DNA of 9,864 nucleotides from a virus (lineage: Duplodnaviria; Heunggongvirae; Uroviricota; Caudoviricetes), in IMG/VR virus record IMGVR_UViG_2695420817_000017; one strand, given 5' to 3'. The position numbers and the translations under genes were made by a program. Below are positions 6,759 through 9,864 of this stretch, in pieces (position 1 is the first letter of the stretch; each line of letters starts with the position of its first letter). The notes under the pieces are model-generated. The model ran no database searches. It had not been told where the DNA came from and saw only the letters and a list, made by a program, of their open reading frames with translations.

Positions 6759-7079
6759 TTATCCCCGATTTGAATCAGTATTCGCTTTCTTTATAGCATT
6801 TAATGCATCTGTGGCATTTTCAATGGTGCACCGTAACGAAATATCAAAATGTCCAAGCATTGCCAGTAACAAACCAATATTACCCATATCAATGCGCATG
6901 GCCTTTTCGTCATAGTCCTCATTTTCTGACGCATGCCACATCAGGCTACCAATTGACGCAACAGCCATTGATATATTGTCAGTAGCCCCATCCGCAGCGG
7001 AATAAACCTTTTTAGCAATATCATGCTCACAGTTAAAATGCGGATTAATCAGGTACTGGTAATTTGACATATCAGGCAT
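6759..7079 (-). CDS. Hypothetical acidic protein (106 aa), AT-rich cassette gene 1
   Basis: ATG 7079..7077 with AGGGGG upstream, overlapping the stop of the upstream small ORF by 8 nt. Net charge about -7. Alternative start at 7070. No family recognised. Confidence 0.55.
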   Translation of the reverse strand: MPDMSNYQYLINPHFNCEHDIAKKVYSAADGATDNISMAVASIGSLMWHASENEDYDEKAMRIDMGNIGLLLAMLGHFDISLRCTIENATDALNAIKKANTDSNRG

Positions 7080-7275
7080 GGCACACCCCCTGACGAATAC
7101 GGGCAGCGAATACCATCACGCAGCCAGCCGGGGATTGCAGGCGTGCTTCCTGTTCGCTGGCGGCCTCAATGGTAATCACGCGCGGTTGTGCCGTGCTCAG
7201 GGCGATAAAACGCCAGATGTATTTATTCAGGTTGTGCGAGTCCCGCCCTTGCGGGTGTGTGGTATGATTTAACAT
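7072..7275 (-). CDS. Small protein (67 aa), possibly host cell division inhibitor Icd-like family
   Basis: Only the last 67 codons of the 304-aa track ORF are credible: ATG 7275..7273 preceded by GAGG; MLNHTTHPQGRDSHNLNKYIWRFIALSTAQPRVITIEAASEQEARLQSPAGCVMVFAARIRQGVCHA. The WRF...FAARI pattern recalls Icd-like proteins of P4-like islands; this is recollection only. First gene of the operon leading to the primase. Confidence 0.5.
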   Translation of the reverse strand: MLNHTTHPQGRDSHNLNKYIWRFIALSTAQPRVITIEAASEQEARLQSPAGCVMVFAARIRQGVCHA

Positions 7276-7372
7276 AGCTACCTCGATACGCTTTCTATCG
7301 TTGGTGGTTAGAAGCCCGGTTAGTGTTAGCGCACTGCCGGGTTTCGTCGTTTCTGCACCTTGCATCAACAAG

Positions 7373-7424
7373 GTGTTGAACACCAATTTAAGCCCTGGTG
7401 TTAAACACGTCAAGTGTTGAACAC
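7373..7424. promoter_or_regulatory. Three operator-like palindromes GTGTTRAACAC in the divergent promoter region
   Basis: GTGTTGAACAC at 7373..7383, GTGTTAAACAC at 7398..7408, GTGTTGAACAC at 7414..7424 (centre spacings 25 and 16 bp). The third overlaps a possible plus-strand -35 (TTGAAC 7419..7424, 17-nt spacer, CATACT 7442..7447) for the RHH gene. Confidence 0.6.
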
Positions 7425-7474
7425 TTATTTTTTTTCCTGCATACTGCATTTGTTTTTTGTAAGGGGTACACAAC

Positions 7475-7654
7475 ATGGCGACAAAAGCAGTAAACGCAAA
7501 ATCACAAACAGTTGCGGCAAGGGTTCCGCATGAAGTTATGAACAATGTTGAGGCGGTAAAAATGCCTGGTGAAAGTACAGGGCAGTTTGTAACAGCAGCA
7601 TTAAAGCGAGAAGTTGAATACCGCCAGCGTCGCAAGGCCAAAGAGCAGGAATAA
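7475..7654 (+). CDS. Ribbon-helix-helix (CopG/Arc-like) small DNA-binding protein, 59 aa
   Basis: Absent from the ORF track (under 60 aa). ATG 7475 with AAGGGG 8 nt upstream, stop TAA 7652..7654. MATKAVNAKSQTVAARVPHEVMNNVEAVKMPGESTGQFVTAALKREVEYRQRRKAKEQE fits strand-helix-loop-helix. Divergent from the replication operon. Confidence 0.6.
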   Translation: MATKAVNAKSQTVAARVPHEVMNNVEAVKMPGESTGQFVTAALKREVEYRQRRKAKEQE

Positions 7655-7711
7655 CCATCACCAGCGCCGTGGTGTAAGGTATTACGGCGCATTGCTATGC
7701 AGGACAACACA

Positions 7712-7885
7712 ATGACCGATAAAGAATTGACCAAAACATTATCACCGGCACGGAAAAGACGGCGCAGAAAGATAGAGCATGAATCAGAAAGATTCGCGCC
7801 ATGTGCTTTTGCCCTTGAGCAATTCCTTAAAGAGTACAGGGAAACGCGCCCATTGCAGGTATGGCAACGAACTGAACCAGACTGA
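7712..7885 (+). CDS. Hypothetical small basic protein (57 aa)
   Basis: Second ATG of the track ORF, chosen because AGGA lies 7 nt upstream (7701..7704). MTDKELTKTLSPARKRRRRKIEHESERFAPCAFALEQFLKEYRETRPLQVWQRTEPD, with an RKRRRRK basic patch. Followed by a plus-strand terminator. Coding status uncertain. Confidence 0.4.
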   Translation: MTDKELTKTLSPARKRRRRKIEHESERFAPCAFALEQFLKEYRETRPLQVWQRTEPD

Positions 7886-7949
7886 TTGCATTGCCCACCA
7901 GCCTGATAGCGGCTATCATCCCCGTGCTTATGTTTAGTGTTTTCCCATT

Positions 7950-7977
7950 GGCGACCGCCCCCGGTCGCCTTTGTTTT
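7950..7977 (+). terminator. Rho-independent terminator between convergent genes
   Basis: Stem GGCGACCG (7950..7957), loop CCCC, stem CGGTCGCC (7962..7969), then TTTGTTTT. Sits 65 bp after the small plus-strand ORF and 20 bp after the alpA stop. The minus-strand reading lacks a U-tract. Confidence 0.65.
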
Positions 7978-7996
7978 ATGTGTCATATGCTCCCCT

Positions 7997-8206
7997 TTAC
8001 ACTGCCTTACCTGAATTAATGCGATCCCGGCTTTTAACCCATTCCATAACCTCGGACAGCAGCCACCCTACAGAACGACCGCCCAGATTAAGACGTGACG
8101 GAAAGCTCCCTTTTTTCTCCAGTTCGTAGCGTGTAGTGCGACACACTCCAGTTAACTTACGACATTCATCCTCACGGATTACGCGATCTTCATTTATTTC
8201 ACGCAT
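7997..8206 (-). CDS. alpA: AlpA-family transcriptional regulator (phage/island HTH activator), 69 aa
   Basis: ATG 8206..8204; the track ORF extends to a GTG at 8293 through AT-rich, low-complexity sequence that looks like promoter DNA. ECRKLTGVCRTTRYELEKKGSFPSRLNLGGRSVGWLLSEVMEWV matches the AlpA signature (...FP.P.KLGGRSV.W...EV..W.). Classic position between int and the replication genes. Confidence 0.85.
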   Translation of the reverse strand: MREINEDRVIREDECRKLTGVCRTTRYELEKKGSFPSRLNLGGRSVGWLLSEVMEWVKSRDRINSGKAV

Positions 8207-8625
8207 ACAAAAACCTACATAAAAATTACGTATATAAACTTTTCTCTTAGCTGTAGATATATGAGATCGGATATTACTTAGATTCTTTTTCACCTCTTAA
8301 ATTAAAAACACAACCATGCTAAAGGCTTTGTTCGCTAAGGTTCGTAGAAGCTCGTTAGTGTTTAAAATCGTGTCACGAGTTTTTAAGCGACGCAACAAAA
8401 AATGTCGTCATTTGGCATGACACCTTAATTACCTCATTAAAAACAAATAGATAAACCATCAGGTGTTGGAACAATCAAGAAACAGAGAATAAGAACTCAG
8501 AAGAAGACATTTCAATTTTTTTCGATAGTTGACACATATAAAGAGAAGATATTTGCAGATATTCCCCGATATTCTAAGATCTATTCACGGCTGTAATCTC
8601 TTAAAGAAAAAACAGCCGTAATTTG
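8207..8625. promoter_or_regulatory. AT-rich intergenic region between int and alpA (probable alpA promoter/control region)
   Basis: About 420 bp of visibly AT-rich non-coding DNA with no credible ORF. Contains inverted repeat ACGGCTGT (8587..8594) / ACAGCCGT (8612..8619) just 3' of the int stop. No promoter hexamers assigned with confidence. Confidence 0.4.
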
Positions 8626-9864
8626 TCAAGAATTTTGGGGGTAAATTCGCGGGGTCATAACAACGATTTTTTCATCATTGTTCTGGAGAAGCTCGAGACG
8701 GTCTACCCATAGATTAAGAGCATCACGTTTTGCATCAAGGTAGCGGGAGTGGTTATAGACTCGTTGCATCCCTGGCATCTGGTGGGCTGTAAGCTGCTCG
8801 ACAATATGCGGATCCACGCCTAAATCGTTCAGCATGGTTGTAAATGTGTGCCGGATATCGTGTAACGTCCAGGGGGCTTGATTAATTCGTCTGTGCGCTG
8901 TTCTTCCGTACTCTGCTACCGAAGATTGTCCTTTCAGTTCACCAAGCAATAAGCCTGAGTGTCTGTTCTGCTCCACCAGTTGCGTGACGAACGGCAAAAT
9001 GCTTTCCGGTATTGGCCTGAATATGGCGACCTTCGTTTTGCTGTGCTCCTTCGGTACTGTCCAGAGCATTTCTTTAAAATCCCACTCCTGCACCTCAGAG
9101 CGCCTTAGCTCAGTGGTACGGCATCCAAAAACAATCAGGAGGCGAATTAGGGCGCTGTAGTATGGCGGGAATATTTTGTCATCCAGGGCGCGGAGTAATT
9201 CCCCAAGCTCCTTATTTGTTAGTACGCGCTCGCTCACTTCTGCTTTTTTTCCCACATCACCGACAACCATATCATCAAGAACGTTGCTGATTGCGTATCG
9301 TCGTTTTCGGCAGTACTTAAGCGCCTGTTTGCATACCTGTAGCAAAAATCCGGCAGATACAGGGCTTCGCTTTGCCATCTGGTCAAAACATGCCAACCAG
9401 TGCCGTAGCTCGCATTTTTCCAACGGCAAAGCGCCAATCTGGCTGATTATGTGTTTATTGATCCGGCTTTTCAGTGATTCGTAGTCAGTGCGCTTTTCCT
9501 TTGCATACGATTCAAGCCAGTAAGTGAGCGCTTCCTTAACTGTCACGGGGGCTAACGCATCCTGTACAGCACGATTAAGCTCATAGCGCGGATTTTTCCC
9601 CTCAGCCAGCCAGGCGCGACACTGTGCTGCTTTTTCCCTGGCTGCTTTCAGGCTCAGATCGGGATAATTGCCCAGTCTCAGACGTTCCGGTGATACCTGC
9701 CTACCAGTTCCGGCCCTGTAAGTGAAATACCAGGTTAACAGGCCGCTGGTGGAATGTCTTACGCTAAGATTGCCACCGTCATTAAAAAAGGCGTTTTTTG
9801 TGGTTGGTGATCCGCTTAATTTTCGTAAAAGAGTGTCGCTAAGTCTATGAATTGCGCTGCTCAT
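8626..9864 (-). CDS. int: Tyrosine recombinase / integrase, P4-type (412 aa)
   Basis: ATG is the last three bases of the window (9864..9862), stop TGA 8628..8626. N-terminal region resembles the P4-integrase arm-binding domain. C-terminus carries the catalytic pattern HDIRHTF ... HQMPGMQRVYNHSRY (H-x-x-R and nucleophile Tyr). Whether the true start lies beyond the window cannot be excluded. Confidence 0.9.
   Translation of the reverse strand: MSSAIHRLSDTLLRKLSGSPTTKNAFFNDGGNLSVRHSTSGLLTWYFTYRAGTGRQVSPERLRLGNYPDLSLKAAREKAAQCRAWLAEGKNPRYELNRAVQDALAPVTVKEALTYWLESYAKEKRTDYESLKSRINKHIISQIGALPLEKCELRHWLACFDQMAKRSPVSAGFLLQVCKQALKYCRKRRYAISNVLDDMVVGDVGKKAEVSERVLTNKELGELLRALDDKIFPPYYSALIRLLIVFGCRTTELRRSEVQEWDFKEMLWTVPKEHSKTKVAIFRPIPESILPFVTQLVEQNRHSGLLLGELKGQSSVAEYGRTAHRRINQAPWTLHDIRHTFTTMLNDLGVDPHIVEQLTAHQMPGMQRVYNHSRYLDAKRDALNLWVDRLELLQNNDEKIVVMTPRIYPQNS

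Larger units (their letters stand above)
1..9864 (-). mobile_element. Phage satellite / PICI-like integrative element (partial; extends beyond both window edges)
   Basis: Co-linear minus-strand order int -> alpA -> primase/helicase -> iteron origin -> capsid genes -> cos -> small terminase. The int-alpA-pri-ori order is the established backbone of Gram-negative PICIs and P4-like satellites. No sid/delta/psu homologues recognised. Element boundaries and att site are not inside the window. Confidence 0.8.

Noticed and set aside
7072-7986. 304-aa minus-strand ORF from the six-frame track
   Set aside because: Only its last 67 codons (7072..7275) have a start codon with a Shine-Dalgarno and a protein-like sequence. 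The remainder is low-complexity and runs antisense through the operator cluster, two SD-bearing plus-strand small genes and a canonical terminator.
8207-8293. N-terminal extension of the alpA ORF (track start at 8293)
   Set aside because: The track start is a GTG and the extension is AT-rich, low-complexity, promoter-like sequence. AlpA proteins are about 70 aa, matching the ATG at 8206.
8317-8424. 35-codon plus-strand ORF in the int-alpA spacer
   Set aside because: No Shine-Dalgarno, AT-rich low-complexity translation, and it lies in a probable promoter region.
1-9864. P4-type morphogenesis genes (sid, delta, psu), large terminase, portal, and tRNA/att site
   Set aside because: Looked for but not recognisable in any frame of this window. 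Their absence within the window says nothing about the rest of the element.

Overview
The window is almost entirely one mobile element: a phage satellite / phage-inducible chromosomal island (PICI)-like element, read mainly on the minus strand and continuing past both window edges. From right to left it carries a P4-type tyrosine integrase (its start codon is the last three bases of the window), an AT-rich regulatory spacer, an AlpA-family regulator, a divergent small-gene pair (ribbon-helix-helix-like protein plus a basic 57-aa protein) with three GTGTTRAACAC operator-like palindromes, then a tightly coupled minus-strand operon: a 67-aa Icd-like ORF, an AT-rich acidic/basic two-gene cassette, and a 707-aa primase/helicase. 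Next come an iteron-type replication origin, an 80-aa protein coupled to a tail-less SSB-like protein, and a lambda-like head/packaging block: E-like major capsid protein, D-like decoration protein, an AlpA-like HTH protein, a lambda-type cos site, a Nu1-like small terminase and one further ORF. No rRNA, tRNA or CRISPR array was seen. All functional calls rest on reading the translations and on remembered family sequences; no database search was run. The most interesting candidates are the satellite-borne lambda-type capsid/cos/TerS module, the AT-rich acidic/basic cassette inside the replication operon, and the 80-aa/SSB-like pair next to the origin.
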